Assembly (NCBI GenBank): GCA_963755125.1
Contig: CAVWIP010000007.1
Coordinates: forward strand, 96,001-160,000
Source: an uncultured delta proteobacterium
Lineage (GTDB): Bacteria > Myxococcota_A > Polyangia > Fen-1088
DNA: 64,000 nucleotides
Direction: 5' to 3'
The translations under genes were made by a program, and so were the position numbers. Position 1 is the first letter of the stretch. Each line of letters begins with the position of its first letter. Positions 1-10,046 of the stretch are shown here, piece after piece. The notes beneath the pieces were generated by a model, which was not told the origin of the DNA, ran no database searches, and saw only the letters and a list, made by a program, of their open reading frames with translations.

Positions 1-347
1 AAGCGTGACAGCAGTTCCTTCTCGTTCTGACCGGTACGGACGGAGAGAATCTCGCCCAGTGTCGTGCGCAGGTGCTCGACCTCCACCGTGGCGGTGCGCG
101 CCTGATCGGCGAAAGCCAGCGAGTCCTGGTCGGTCACGGCCAGAACCGCGCTCTTCTCCGCCTCGGAAGCCGCCGCCAAGGAATAGCGCATGCGTTCGAC
201 CAAATCGATCTTTCGCGCCTTGAGTTCGATCTGACGGGCTGGGCTGCGTTGGCTCTGGTAGTGGAGAACCACCAGCACCAAGACCAGCATCGCCGCCGCC
301 CCGGCTCCCATTCGCAGCGAGTCGCTGACTGCGGGCTTGATTTTCAC
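1..347 (-). CDS. Membrane-anchored four-helix-bundle (4HB_MCP-like) protein, 3' end outside window
   Basis: Not in the ORF track; translated by hand from GTG at 347 (AGGGA SD upstream): MKIKPAVSDSLRMGAGAAAMLVLVLVVLHYQSQRSPARQIELKARKIDLVERMRYSLAAASEAEKSAVLAVTDQDSLAFADQAR. It has an N-terminal hydrophobic helix followed by amphipathic helices, is co-directional with kdpC and starts 20 nt after it. The family call is inference. Confidence 0.65.
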   Translation of the reverse strand, partial: MKIKPAVSDSLRMGAGAAAMLVLVLVVLHYQSQRSPARQIELKARKIDLVERMRYSLAAASEAEKSAVLAVTDQDSLAFADQARTATVEVEHLRTTLGEILSVRTGQNEKELLSR

Positions 348-367
348 GATATTTCCCTAGTCTGGAT

Positions 368-958
368 TCAGGGGGTCGGGCCAGTTGCGCCGAACTGACG
401 GTCCAGCGCCAAGTTGAGCAGCAGCACGTTCACATGCGGCTCACCGAGGAATCCAAGGTCACGACCCTCGCTGTGGTCGTCGACCACCTGCTTAACCCGG
501 TCGGGCGCTATTCCACGCGCCCTCGCGACGCGCGGGATCTGCCAGGTGGCAGCCTGTGGCGAAATGTGGGGATCGAGGCCGCTGGCCGAGGCTGTGACCA
601 GTTCCACGGGGATCGGATCGGAGGCCTGCGGGTTCTCACGCGCCAGGCGAGTGGCATCGGCCTGCACGCGCTCGCGCAGCTTGACCGAACTCGGGCCGAG
701 GTTCGATCCGCCCGAGGCCAGCGGGTCGTAGCCGTTTCCCGCCGCCGAGGGACGGCCCTGAAAGTACCACGGCTTGCTGAACGACTGGCCGATCAATGTG
801 GACCCAACCAGGTGACCGCCCGAATCGCGAAGCAGGCTTCCCTGCGCGGCGCTGGGGAACAGAACCTGGCCCAGGCCGGTCATCACTAGGGGATACAGCA
901 GTCCGGTGAGAAACAGGGTGACCGCGGTAGCGCGAAGAGCAACGAGGAAGGTTTTCAT
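368..958 (-). CDS. kdpC: K+-transporting ATPase subunit C
   Basis: Motifs YFQGRPSAAG, ASGGSNLGP, VTASASGLDPHIS and VNVLLLNLALD. ATG at 958 follows an AAGGAG SD. Confidence 0.97.
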   Translation of the reverse strand: MKTFLVALRATAVTLFLTGLLYPLVMTGLGQVLFPSAAQGSLLRDSGGHLVGSTLIGQSFSKPWYFQGRPSAAGNGYDPLASGGSNLGPSSVKLRERVQADATRLARENPQASDPIPVELVTASASGLDPHISPQAATWQIPRVARARGIAPDRVKQVVDDHSEGRDLGFLGEPHVNVLLLNLALDRQFGATGPTP

Positions 959-969
959 GGCGGTCTCCT

Positions 970-3021
970 TCAAGTGCGGCCGAAGGCTGCGAGGATCATG
1001 TCGACGAGCTTGATGCCGACGAAAGGTGCGACGATTCCGCCCAGCCCATAGATCAGCATCGAGCGCCGGAACAACGCCGCAGCACCCAGTGGCCGGTACT
1101 TCACGCCTCGCAAGGCGAGAGGGATGAGCAGGACGATGATGATGGCGTTGAAGATGACCGCGGACAGGATGGCGCTCGACGGTGAGGCCAGGTGCATGAT
1201 GTTCAGCGGTCCTATCTCGGGATACACACCGGCAAACATTGCGGGCAGGATGGCGAAGTACTTGGCCACGTCGTTGGCTACGGAAAATGTGGTCAGCGCA
1301 CCCCGGGTCATGAGGAGTTGCTTGCCGACCTCGATCACTTCCAGCAGCTTGGTGGGATTGGAGTCGAGGTCGACCATGTTGCCGGCCTCCTTGGCGGCCT
1401 GGGTGCCGGTGTTCATGGCCACGCCCACATCGGCCTGCGCGAGGGCGGGGGCGTCGTTGGTGCCGTCGCCGGTCATGGCGACCAGCTTGCCCTTGGCTTG
1501 TTCGTCCTTGATCAGGCGCATCTTGGCCTCGGGCGTGGCCTCGGCCAGAAAGTCGTCCACCCCGGCCTCCTTGGCGATGGCGGCGGCGGTGCGCGGGTTG
1601 TCGCCTGTGATCATGACGGTGCGCACGCCCATGGCGCGGAAGCGCGCGAAACGCTCGCGGATGCCGCCCTTTACAACGTCGGTCAGGCGGACCACGCCGA
1701 GCACCTTGGCCCCGTCGGACACGGCCAGGGGTGTGCCGCCCTGGTTCGCAACATCGGCGGCGATGCGTTCGAGATCAGGAGGAATGCTGCTGCCCTTGGA
1801 TTCGACCCACCGCCTGACAGCCTCCACGGCGCCCTTGCGCAGTTGGCGTCCATCGAGATCGCAGCCGCTCATGCGGGTGTGGGCCGAGAAGGGAATGAAC
1901 TGCGCCCCCAGTTCGCTGATGTCGCGTCCCCGCAGCCGGAACTCCTGTTTGGCCAGCACGACGATGGAGCGCCCCTCGGGCGTTTCGTCGGCCAGGCTGG
2001 CCAGTTGCGCCGCATCGGCCAGGGCTTCCGCCGACACGTCGCCGATAGGCAGGAAGGCCGTGGCCATTCGGTTGCCCATGGTGATGGTCCCGGTCTTGTC
2101 GAGCAGCAAGACGTCCACGTCGCCCGCGGCCTCGATGGCCCGGCCGCTCATGGCGATCACGTTCTTGCGGATCAAGCGATCCATGCCCGCGATGCCGATG
2201 GCCGAGACCAGGCCGCCGATGGTGGTGGGAATCAAGCAGACCAGCAACGCCACGATCACGGTTGGCGAGAGCCGGATGCCGGCGTAGAGCGCGAGCGGAA
2301 CCAGGGTCACGCAGGCGAACAAGAACACCAGGGTCAGCCCGACCAGGAGAATGTGCAGCGCGATTTCGTTGGGCGTCTTCTGTCGGGCCGCCCCTTCGAC
2401 CAGGGCAATCATTCGGTCGAGGAAGGTCTCGCCGGGGTTGGACATAATGCGCACCACGATGCGATCCGAGAGCACCTTGGTGCCGCCGGTGACCGACGAG
2501 CGATCGCCGCCCGCCTCGCGGATCACCGGGGCTGACTCGCCGGTGATGGCCGACTCGTCCACCGAGGCCACGCCCTCGATCACCTCGCCGTCGCCGGGGA
2601 TGAGCTGACCAGCCTCGACCACCACACGATCCCCGGCGCGCAGATCAGTGGAGGCCACGCCGTCCTCGCCCCCTCCGTCGCGCAGGCGCCGGGCAGGAGT
2701 CTGCGTGCGCATCTTGCGCAGCGAATCGGCCTGCGCCTTGCCCCGGCCCTCGGCCACCGCCTCGGCGAAATTGGCGAACACCACTGTGATCCACAGCCAG
2801 ACGCTGATCCAGGCGGTGAACCACAGCGGGGCCGCGCCCGCGGGCCTCGCCATCAGGTCCCGCACCACCGTCAGCGTGGTGAGCACGCTGCCCACCTCGA
2901 CCACGAACATCACCGGATTGCGCGCCACCGCGGCCGGCGAGAGCTTGCGCAAACTGTCCCAGGCCGCCTGGCGGATGATGGCCCGATCGAATAGCGACGG
3001 CGCTTTGCTGTGCGATTTCAT
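970..3021 (-). CDS. kdpB: K+-transporting P-type ATPase subunit B
   Basis: TGES, DKTGT phosphorylation motif and [14 protein letters not shown] at 3021 overlaps the kdpA stop (TGATG). Confidence 0.98.
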   Translation of the reverse strand: MKSHSKAPSLFDRAIIRQAAWDSLRKLSPAAVARNPVMFVVEVGSVLTTLTVVRDLMARPAGAAPLWFTAWISVWLWITVVFANFAEAVAEGRGKAQADSLRKMRTQTPARRLRDGGGEDGVASTDLRAGDRVVVEAGQLIPGDGEVIEGVASVDESAITGESAPVIREAGGDRSSVTGGTKVLSDRIVVRIMSNPGETFLDRMIALVEGAARQKTPNEIALHILLVGLTLVFLFACVTLVPLALYAGIRLSPTVIVALLVCLIPTTIGGLVSAIGIAGMDRLIRKNVIAMSGRAIEAAGDVDVLLLDKTGTITMGNRMATAFLPIGDVSAEALADAAQLASLADETPEGRSIVVLAKQEFRLRGRDISELGAQFIPFSAHTRMSGCDLDGRQLRKGAVEAVRRWVESKGSSIPPDLERIAADVANQGGTPLAVSDGAKVLGVVRLTDVVKGGIRERFARFRAMGVRTVMITGDNPRTAAAIAKEAGVDDFLAEATPEAKMRLIKDEQAKGKLVAMTGDGTNDAPALAQADVGVAMNTGTQAAKEAGNMVDLDSNPTKLLEVIEVGKQLLMTRGALTTFSVANDVAKYFAILPAMFAGVYPEIGPLNIMHLASPSSAILSAVIFNAIIIVLLIPLALRGVKYRPLGAAALFRRSMLIYGLGGIVAPFVGIKLVDMILAAFGRT

Positions 3022-4742
3022 CAGAACAACCTCCCGTGCGCGGCCAGAAAGTGCTCGACCACTGGGCCGAGGCACAGGGCCGGGAAGAACGTCAGGGCGC
3101 CGACAATCAGAATCACTGAGATGAGCAGCCCAGTGAAGAGCGGACCATCGGTGGGAAACGTGCCTGGCCCCGCCGGCGCGACGCGCTTCTGCGCCATGAA
3201 CCCGGCGATGGCCAACACCGGCACCATCATCAGGAAGCGGCCGCCCAGCATGGCTAGCCCCATGGTGGTATTCCAGAAGTGCGTGTTGGTGTTCAGGCCC
3301 GCGAAGGCCGAACCGTTGTTGGCGGTGGCGCTGGTGTAGGCGTAGAGAATCTCGGACAGGCCGTGAGGCCCGGCGTTGTTGAGCGAGCTAGTCCCGTAGG
3401 GGCTGACCGCCGCCCAGGCCGCGAAACTGAGGATGATGAGCGGAAACACGAGGACGTAGAGCATTACGGCCTTCATCTCGCGGCCTTCGATCTTCTTGCC
3501 CAGGTACTCGGGTGTGCGGCCCACCATCAGGCCCGCGATGAACACCGAGAGCAGAACGAAGATCAGGATGCCGTACAGCCCCGCGCCCACGCCGCCAAAC
3601 ACGACCTCGCCCAGCTTTAGGTTCACCAGTGGAACCAAGCCACCCAGCGGGGTGAAGCTGTCGTGCATGGAGTTGACCGCGCCGCACGAGGTGCCGGTGG
3701 TAGCCGTGGCGAAGAGGGCGGAGTTGGCCACCCCGAAGCGCACCTCCTTGCCTTCCAGGTTGCCGGCGCTCTGGTCGAGAGGCAGCCCGGCCAGCGCGGG
3801 GTTCGGCCGAGCCTCGGCGGCGTAGGCGCCGAGCACGCCGGCGAGGAACAAGATGGCCATGGCCCCGAATATCGACCACCCCTGCCGCTGTTTGCCCGCC
3901 ATTCGCCCAAACGTGTAGGTCAGCCCGGCGGGAATGGCGAGAATGAGCAGGATTTCCAGGAAATTGGTCAGTCCGTTGGGATTCTCGAACGGGTGCGCGC
4001 TGTTCGCGTTGAAGAAGCCACCGCCGTTGGTCCCGAGTTCCTTGATAACTTCCTGCGAGCCCGCTGGCCCCATGGGAATGATCTGCGCCGCCCCTTCCAA
4101 GCCGGTAATGTGCAGGTATGCGCTCAAGTTCTGGATGATCCCTTGGGAGATCAACACCAGGCCGAAGACCATGCTGAAGGGCAAGAGCAGATAGACGATC
4201 GAACGAATGAGGTCGACGGTGAAGTTGCCCAGTTGCACCGGGTGTCCTTCGCTCGGTCTGCGCGTCAGCCCGCGCGCCAGCACCAGAGCCACCGCGATGC
4301 CAGCGCCAGCAGACACGAAGTTGTGCCAGGCCAGGCCCGCCATCTGGGTCAGATAACTCACGGTCGTCTCGCCGCTGTACGACTGCCAGTTGGTGTTGGT
4401 GGTGAAACTGACCGCGGTGTTGAAGGCGAGGTCGGGAGCCACCGGCCCCAGCCCTTGCGGATTGAGCGGCAGGTGGTGCTGCAAGCGTTGGATGGCGTAG
4501 GTGACCACGACGCCGATGGCGCTGAAGATGAGAAGTGAGATCGCGTACTCGACCCAGGTCTGCTCGTCACCCGGGGATGCGCCGCACAGGCGAAGCAGCC
4601 AGCGCTCGATAGGTGCCAAGACCCGACGTGAGGGGCGCTCGGCGCCTTCGAAAACGCGGTACATGTAATGGCCAAGCGGCTTGGTGACAGCCACCACCGC
4701 CAGGAAAAGCGTCAGAATTTGCAGCCAGCCGTTGAACGTCAC
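3021..4742 (-). CDS. kdpA: K+-transporting ATPase K+-binding subunit A
   Basis: Pore-loop motifs [25 protein letters not shown] and NNGSAFAGL, plus [11 protein letters not shown]. Confidence 0.98.
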   Translation of the reverse strand: MTFNGWLQILTLFLAVVAVTKPLGHYMYRVFEGAERPSRRVLAPIERWLLRLCGASPGDEQTWVEYAISLLIFSAIGVVVTYAIQRLQHHLPLNPQGLGPVAPDLAFNTAVSFTTNTNWQSYSGETTVSYLTQMAGLAWHNFVSAGAGIAVALVLARGLTRRPSEGHPVQLGNFTVDLIRSIVYLLLPFSMVFGLVLISQGIIQNLSAYLHITGLEGAAQIIPMGPAGSQEVIKELGTNGGGFFNANSAHPFENPNGLTNFLEILLILAIPAGLTYTFGRMAGKQRQGWSIFGAMAILFLAGVLGAYAAEARPNPALAGLPLDQSAGNLEGKEVRFGVANSALFATATTGTSCGAVNSMHDSFTPLGGLVPLVNLKLGEVVFGGVGAGLYGILIFVLLSVFIAGLMVGRTPEYLGKKIEGREMKAVMLYVLVFPLIILSFAAWAAVSPYGTSSLNNAGPHGLSEILYAYTSATANNGSAFAGLNTNTHFWNTTMGLAMLGGRFLMMVPVLAIAGFMAQKRVAPAGPGTFPTDGPLFTGLLISVILIVGALTFFPALCLGPVVEHFLAAHGRLF

Positions 4743-4751
4743 GACGACTCC

Positions 4752-4841
4752 TCAGAAGCGCTCCGGACGGAGCAAGGCGTAGACCAGATAGACGCCGATG
4801 CCTATGGAAACGGCGCCCCCTAACAGATAGTCGAGCAGCAT
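4752..4841 (-). CDS. kdpF: KdpF subunit, 29 aa
   Basis: Hand translation MLLDYLLGGAVSIGIGVYLVYALLRPERF, with the KdpF-type YLxYALLRPERF ending. GAGGAG SD, directly upstream of kdpA. Confidence 0.93.
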   Translation of the reverse strand: MLLDYLLGGAVSIGIGVYLVYALLRPERF

Positions 4842-4859
4842 GGTGATCTCCTCGGAGGG

Positions 4860-4943
4860 TCAGAGCCACGCGCAGGCGCGCGTGTAGGCCAAGGCCAGCG
4901 CGAAGAAGGCCAGGGTAGTGAAAAGGAAAACGATGTCGCTCAT
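4860..4943 (-). CDS. 27-aa hydrophobic peptide upstream of kdpF (accessory Kdp peptide)
   Basis: Hand translation MSDIVFLFTTLAFFALALAYTRACAWL, one TM-length helix. Purine-rich SD (AGAAGAG); first ORF after the sigma-54 promoter. Confidence 0.7.
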   Translation of the reverse strand: MSDIVFLFTTLAFFALALAYTRACAWL

Positions 4944-4970
4944 GGCGTTTCTCTTCTGGATGAAGGCTAC

Positions 4971-4986
4971 GCATCACTCATGCCAG
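4971..4986 (-). promoter_or_regulatory. Sigma-54 (-24/-12) promoter of the kdp operon
   Basis: Minus strand reads CTGGCATGAGTGATGC, an exact GG-N10-GC spacing, ending 27 nt before the first ATG. A sigma-54 activator is encoded nearby. Confidence 0.8.
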
Positions 4987-5008
4987 GATTCTTGCCAGGG
5001 ATTGCCGG

Positions 5009-5080
5009 CGCAAAGTGCGTCCGTGGCGGGGTTCCGGCCTGCATTGTGCAACCGTGGCCGCCCAGGAATTGCATTGTGCA
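5009..5080. promoter_or_regulatory. Candidate enhancer sites for the sigma-54 activator
   Basis: TGCATTGTGCA occurs exactly at 5040-5050 and 5070-5080, with a degenerate CGCAAAGTGCG at 5009-5019. Spacing is about 30 bp and the site is a TGCA-N3-TGCA dyad. Confidence 0.55.
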
Positions 5081-5195
5081 CGGCAAGCGGCAGGCCCTTC
5101 CGGCGGCAAGCGACCCGCTATCATGGTATTCGGCGCTCGCAAATGGCGCGGCAATTGCACAAAATGGAGGCCCAGCCGCCGCAAGCCCACGATTG

Positions 5196-6359
5196 ATGAC
5201 CCCGAGCCCTCTTCGCCCACGTCCCGAGGACTTTCTGGAACTGGTCCAGAAGGGCAAGCGTGGTCGTCTCAAGCTCTACATCGGTTTTGCCGCGGGCGTG
5301 GGCAAGACCTATCGGATGTTGGAAGAGGCGCACAGCCTGCGCAAGCGGGGCGTGGACGTGGTTGTGGGGTTCGTCGAGTCGCACGGCCGCGCGGAGACCG
5401 AGGCGTTGGTCGAGGGTCTGGAGGTTGTGCCACGGCGCCAGGTCGAGTACCGGGGGGTAGTGGTCGAGGAGATGAGCCTCAACAAGATCCTGAAGCGCAA
5501 TCCAGCGGTGGCCTTGGTCGACGAGTTGGCCCACACCAACGTGCCGGGCAGCCACAACAAGAAGCGCTACCAGGACGTGCTCGAACTGCTCGACGCCGGC
5601 ATCAATGTCATCGCCGCGCTCAACGTGCAGCACCTGGACAGCCTCAACGATCTGGTGGGACGGGTGACCGGCGTGGTGGTTCGCGAGACGGTCCCGGACA
5701 GTTTCCTCAAGCGGGCGGACCAGGTGGTGAACCTGGACCTGGCGGTCGAGGATCTGCAAGAGCGCCTGAGCGCCGGCAAGATCTACGCGGCTGACAAGAT
5801 CCCATGGGCGCTGGAGCATTTCTTCAAGGAGGAGAACCTGACCCACCTGCGCGAGCTGGCTTTGCGCGAGGTGGCCGAGAGCGTGGAGCGCAGCAGCTAC
5901 TCTCATGCGCCCCTGGCCCAGCCGCGCGAGCGAGCCGCCGCGACCAACAGCCGCGTAATGGCGTGCATGTCATCGAACCCACCCCGTGCTGCCATGCTGC
6001 TGCGCCGGGCTTCGCGCCTGGCCGGTCGCTACAACACCGACTGGTTCGTGGTGTACGTGGAAACCCCCGACGAGACGCCCGAGCGCATCGATGCGGAGGC
6101 GCAGCGCCACCTTCTGGCCAACATCGAGAAAGCGCGTGAGCTGGGTGCCGAGGTGGTGCGGGTGCGCGGCGAGGATCCGGTGGACGCCATCCTGGACTTC
6201 GCGCGCTCGCACAGCGTCGGGCACATCATCGTGGGGCGCTCGCATCTGCCGTGGTGGAAGCAGATGCTGGGACGTTCGGTGCCCTTGCGCCTGGTCAAGG
6301 AAGGCGCCGGTTTCGACATTCACATCGTGTCGCTGGCCGAGGACGAGGAGCGGCCGTGA
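5196..6359 (+). CDS. kdpD: Soluble KdpD N-terminal domain + Usp domain protein (truncated KdpD)
   Basis: RGRLKLYIGFAAGVGKTYRML, LVDELAHTN and NVQHLDSLND, then a C-terminal Usp-like domain (HIIVGRS). No TM or kinase domain. Confidence 0.9.
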   Translation: MTPSPLRPRPEDFLELVQKGKRGRLKLYIGFAAGVGKTYRMLEEAHSLRKRGVDVVVGFVESHGRAETEALVEGLEVVPRRQVEYRGVVVEEMSLNKILKRNPAVALVDELAHTNVPGSHNKKRYQDVLELLDAGINVIAALNVQHLDSLNDLVGRVTGVVVRETVPDSFLKRADQVVNLDLAVEDLQERLSAGKIYAADKIPWALEHFFKEENLTHLRELALREVAESVERSSYSHAPLAQPRERAAATNSRVMACMSSNPPRAAMLLRRASRLAGRYNTDWFVVYVETPDETPERIDAEAQRHLLANIEKARELGAEVVRVRGEDPVDAILDFARSHSVGHIIVGRSHLPWWKQMLGRSVPLRLVKEGAGFDIHIVSLAEDEERP

Positions 6360-8224
6360 CCTTCAAGGCCAAGCTCATTCTCGCCCAGGCGCCATTGGCC
6401 ATCGCGCTGGCCCTGGTGGGCGGGATCTCGGCGACCGTGACCACCCGGCTGGGCGAGCAGTCGGCAAATATCTTCGCGGACAACTACCGCAGCGTGCGTG
6501 CGGCGGAAAGGATGAAGGAGTCTCTCGAGCGCATCGGCGGCTTCCCCCTGTTGGTGCTGGCGGGGCACCAGATCAAGTCCGTGGCGGACATCTCCCAACT
6601 TCGCCGCACTTTCGAAAGCGAATTGCGTGTGGAGGAGAACAACATCACGGAACCAGGCGAAGGCGAAGCGGCCGCGGCATTGCGCAGGAGCTGGATGCGG
6701 TATCAGCACGCGCTCGATGAATTTCTGGCCGCCACCACTCTCGAGGCTTGGGATCGTCTGTACTTCGAAGCCCTGTCGCCTGCTTTTGACGAGACCAAGC
6801 AGGCAGCCGACCGGATCCTCGACATGAACCAGGATGCGATTGTGCGCAAGAGCGAGCGGGCGGAGCGAAGCGCGCAGCGATTCCAGCAACTGGTCATCAT
6901 CGCGGTGGCGGCGGCCCTGCTGGGGGGACTTCTGGTTTCCATTTCCTTGACCACCCGTCTGCTGCGACCGTTGCGCGTGGTGGGCGCGGCGGTACGGCGC
7001 TTTGGCCAGGGCGATGTACACGCGCGCGCGCGGCTGCAAGGCCGCGACGAGATTGCGCAACTGGCGGCCGAGTTCAATACCATGGCCGATCATCTGGAGC
7101 GCTATCGAGCCAGTTCCCTGGGCGAATTGCTGCAAACCCAGCAGGCAGCCCAGGCGGCCATGGACGGCCTGCCCGATCCGGTTGTGATGTTGGATGCCGC
7201 TGGCCACGTTCAGGCCATCAACACAGCGGCCAGTCGCCTGCTGGGCATGGATGCCGATCTACGGCCCAAGGATCCGCTGGCCAACGTTGATCCAGCGGTG
7301 CGCTCGCTGCTCGACCGCGTCCGCGCCCATGTGATCGGTGGCCGAGGCACGTACGTTCCCAAGGGATTCGAGGAGGCCTTGCCGGTGGGTGACCACATCT
7401 TCTTGCCACGTGCCGCGCCGATGTATGGCGACGCTGGCGAGGTGACGGGCGTGGCGATCGTCCTGCAGGACGTGACCAAGCTGTTCCATTTCGACGAGCT
7501 GAAAAGCAATCTGGTGGCCACGGTGGCGCACGAATTCCGTACGCCGCTCACCTCGCTGCGCATGGCGATCCACCTGTGTACTGAGGAGGCGGTTGGCCCG
7601 CTCACGGGCAAACAGGCAGAACTGCTGTTTGCGGCGCGCGAGGACTGTGAACGCCTGCAGACCATCGTGGATGATCTGCTCAACCTTTCGCGCATCGAAT
7701 CGGGCAACATCGATCTGCACAAGCGGCGGGTGGCGCCCGAGACGCTGGTGAATCTGGCCCGCGACGCGCACCGCTCCGCCGCGGAAGCACGGCAGATCAC
7801 CCTGTGCTCTGAAGTGGCGCCGGGGTGCCCGGAGGCTTTTGCCGATCCGGATCGCCTGGACCTGGTGTTCAGCAACTTGCTAGGCAATGCCATTCGTTAC
7901 TCAGCGCCCGAGAGTGAAATCGTCGTGCGCGCCATGCCTGAAGTGTCCGGCGCTCCAGCGGGTGAGCCCGACGCGAGTGCGGGTCATTGGATCCGCTTCG
8001 AGGTCAGCGACCAAGGACCGGGCATTGCCCAACAACACCAAGCTGAATTGTTCGAGAAATTCTACCGCGTTCCCGGCAGCCCCCCGGGCGGGTCGGGGCT
8101 GGGCCTGTTCATCGCCCGGGGCATCGTGCAGGCGCATGGCGGCCGCATCGGCGTGATCAGCGAGCCGGGAAAGGGCGCAACCTTCTGGTTCACCGTGCCG
8201 GCAGCTCCGGATCTGACGGCGTAG
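6356..8224 (+). CDS. Sensor histidine kinase (periplasmic helical sensor, HAMP, PAS, HisKA, HATPase), KinB-like
   Basis: Two TM helices, HAMP (DEIAQLAAEFNTMA), H-box AHEFRTPLTS, N-box NLLGNAIRY, DQGPG and GSGLGL. GTGA overlap with the upstream gene. Confidence 0.93.
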   Translation: MTFKAKLILAQAPLAIALALVGGISATVTTRLGEQSANIFADNYRSVRAAERMKESLERIGGFPLLVLAGHQIKSVADISQLRRTFESELRVEENNITEPGEGEAAAALRRSWMRYQHALDEFLAATTLEAWDRLYFEALSPAFDETKQAADRILDMNQDAIVRKSERAERSAQRFQQLVIIAVAAALLGGLLVSISLTTRLLRPLRVVGAAVRRFGQGDVHARARLQGRDEIAQLAAEFNTMADHLERYRASSLGELLQTQQAAQAAMDGLPDPVVMLDAAGHVQAINTAASRLLGMDADLRPKDPLANVDPAVRSLLDRVRAHVIGGRGTYVPKGFEEALPVGDHIFLPRAAPMYGDAGEVTGVAIVLQDVTKLFHFDELKSNLVATVAHEFRTPLTSLRMAIHLCTEEAVGPLTGKQAELLFAAREDCERLQTIVDDLLNLSRIESGNIDLHKRRVAPETLVNLARDAHRSAAEARQITLCSEVAPGCPEAFADPDRLDLVFSNLLGNAIRYSAPESEIVVRAMPEVSGAPAGEPDASAGHWIRFEVSDQGPGIAQQHQAELFEKFYRVPGSPPGGSGLGLFIARGIVQAHGGRIGVISEPGKGATFWFTVPAAPDLTA

Positions 8225-8226
8225 TC

Positions 8227-8358
8227 GCGTGGGGAGCCGGCGAGCAAAGCTCGCCGCGGACCATCGCGGGAGGGTTTGGCGAGGCCGAGCGAAGCGAGCG
8301 GGGAGGAGGCGGCGAGTGGGGGGCCGAAGGGCGAAGCGAACCCTTTGAGGGTTCCCAT
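8227..8358. repeat. Palindromic repeat element, copy 1 (long form with 58-bp insert)
   Basis: GCGTGGGGAG, hairpin CGGCGAGC-AAA-GCTCGCCG, CCATCGCGGGAGGG, insert at 8280-8337, then GAACCCTTTGAGGGTTCCCAT. Homologous to 22011-22084 and 50536-50669; lies between convergent genes. Confidence 0.9.
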
Positions 8359-8366
8359 TGCTGTAG

Positions 8367-9722
<1,356 letters not shown>

Positions 9723-10046
9723 GGTGGAGACAGTATAGCGCCCTGCTGCGATGGGGCCCCACCGCGACTTGAAACGTGAGCGGCGAAGCTGACGCCGCAT
9801 GCGCCTGAAGTGACCCCGGTTCCGATAGCCCTCCACCAGGTAACGGCACGCGGACAAGCCGAGCGGACCCGCTCTCTTCGCGCGGGCAGCCGGAGAAAGC
9901 CCACAGTGACTGGTCACCGATGAGCCGCGCCTCGCGGTCTGCTGCGACCCCCAGAGAAGCCCATTTTCGCCTGTACTTCTCGTCTCCGATGAACGACACT
10001 TCGTATCGCTTGTCGACCGTCGACATGATGGGTCGACGACTCGAAT

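Noticed and set aside
4991..5008. Additional TGGCA-like -24 boxes upstream of the kdp promoter
   Set aside because: They lack GC at the required 10-nt spacing, so they are not separate sigma-54 promoters.
8227..8358. Repeat copies as a CRISPR array or tRNA
   Set aside because: The copies are dispersed with no repeat-spacer periodicity, no cas genes and no cloverleaf or T-loop.
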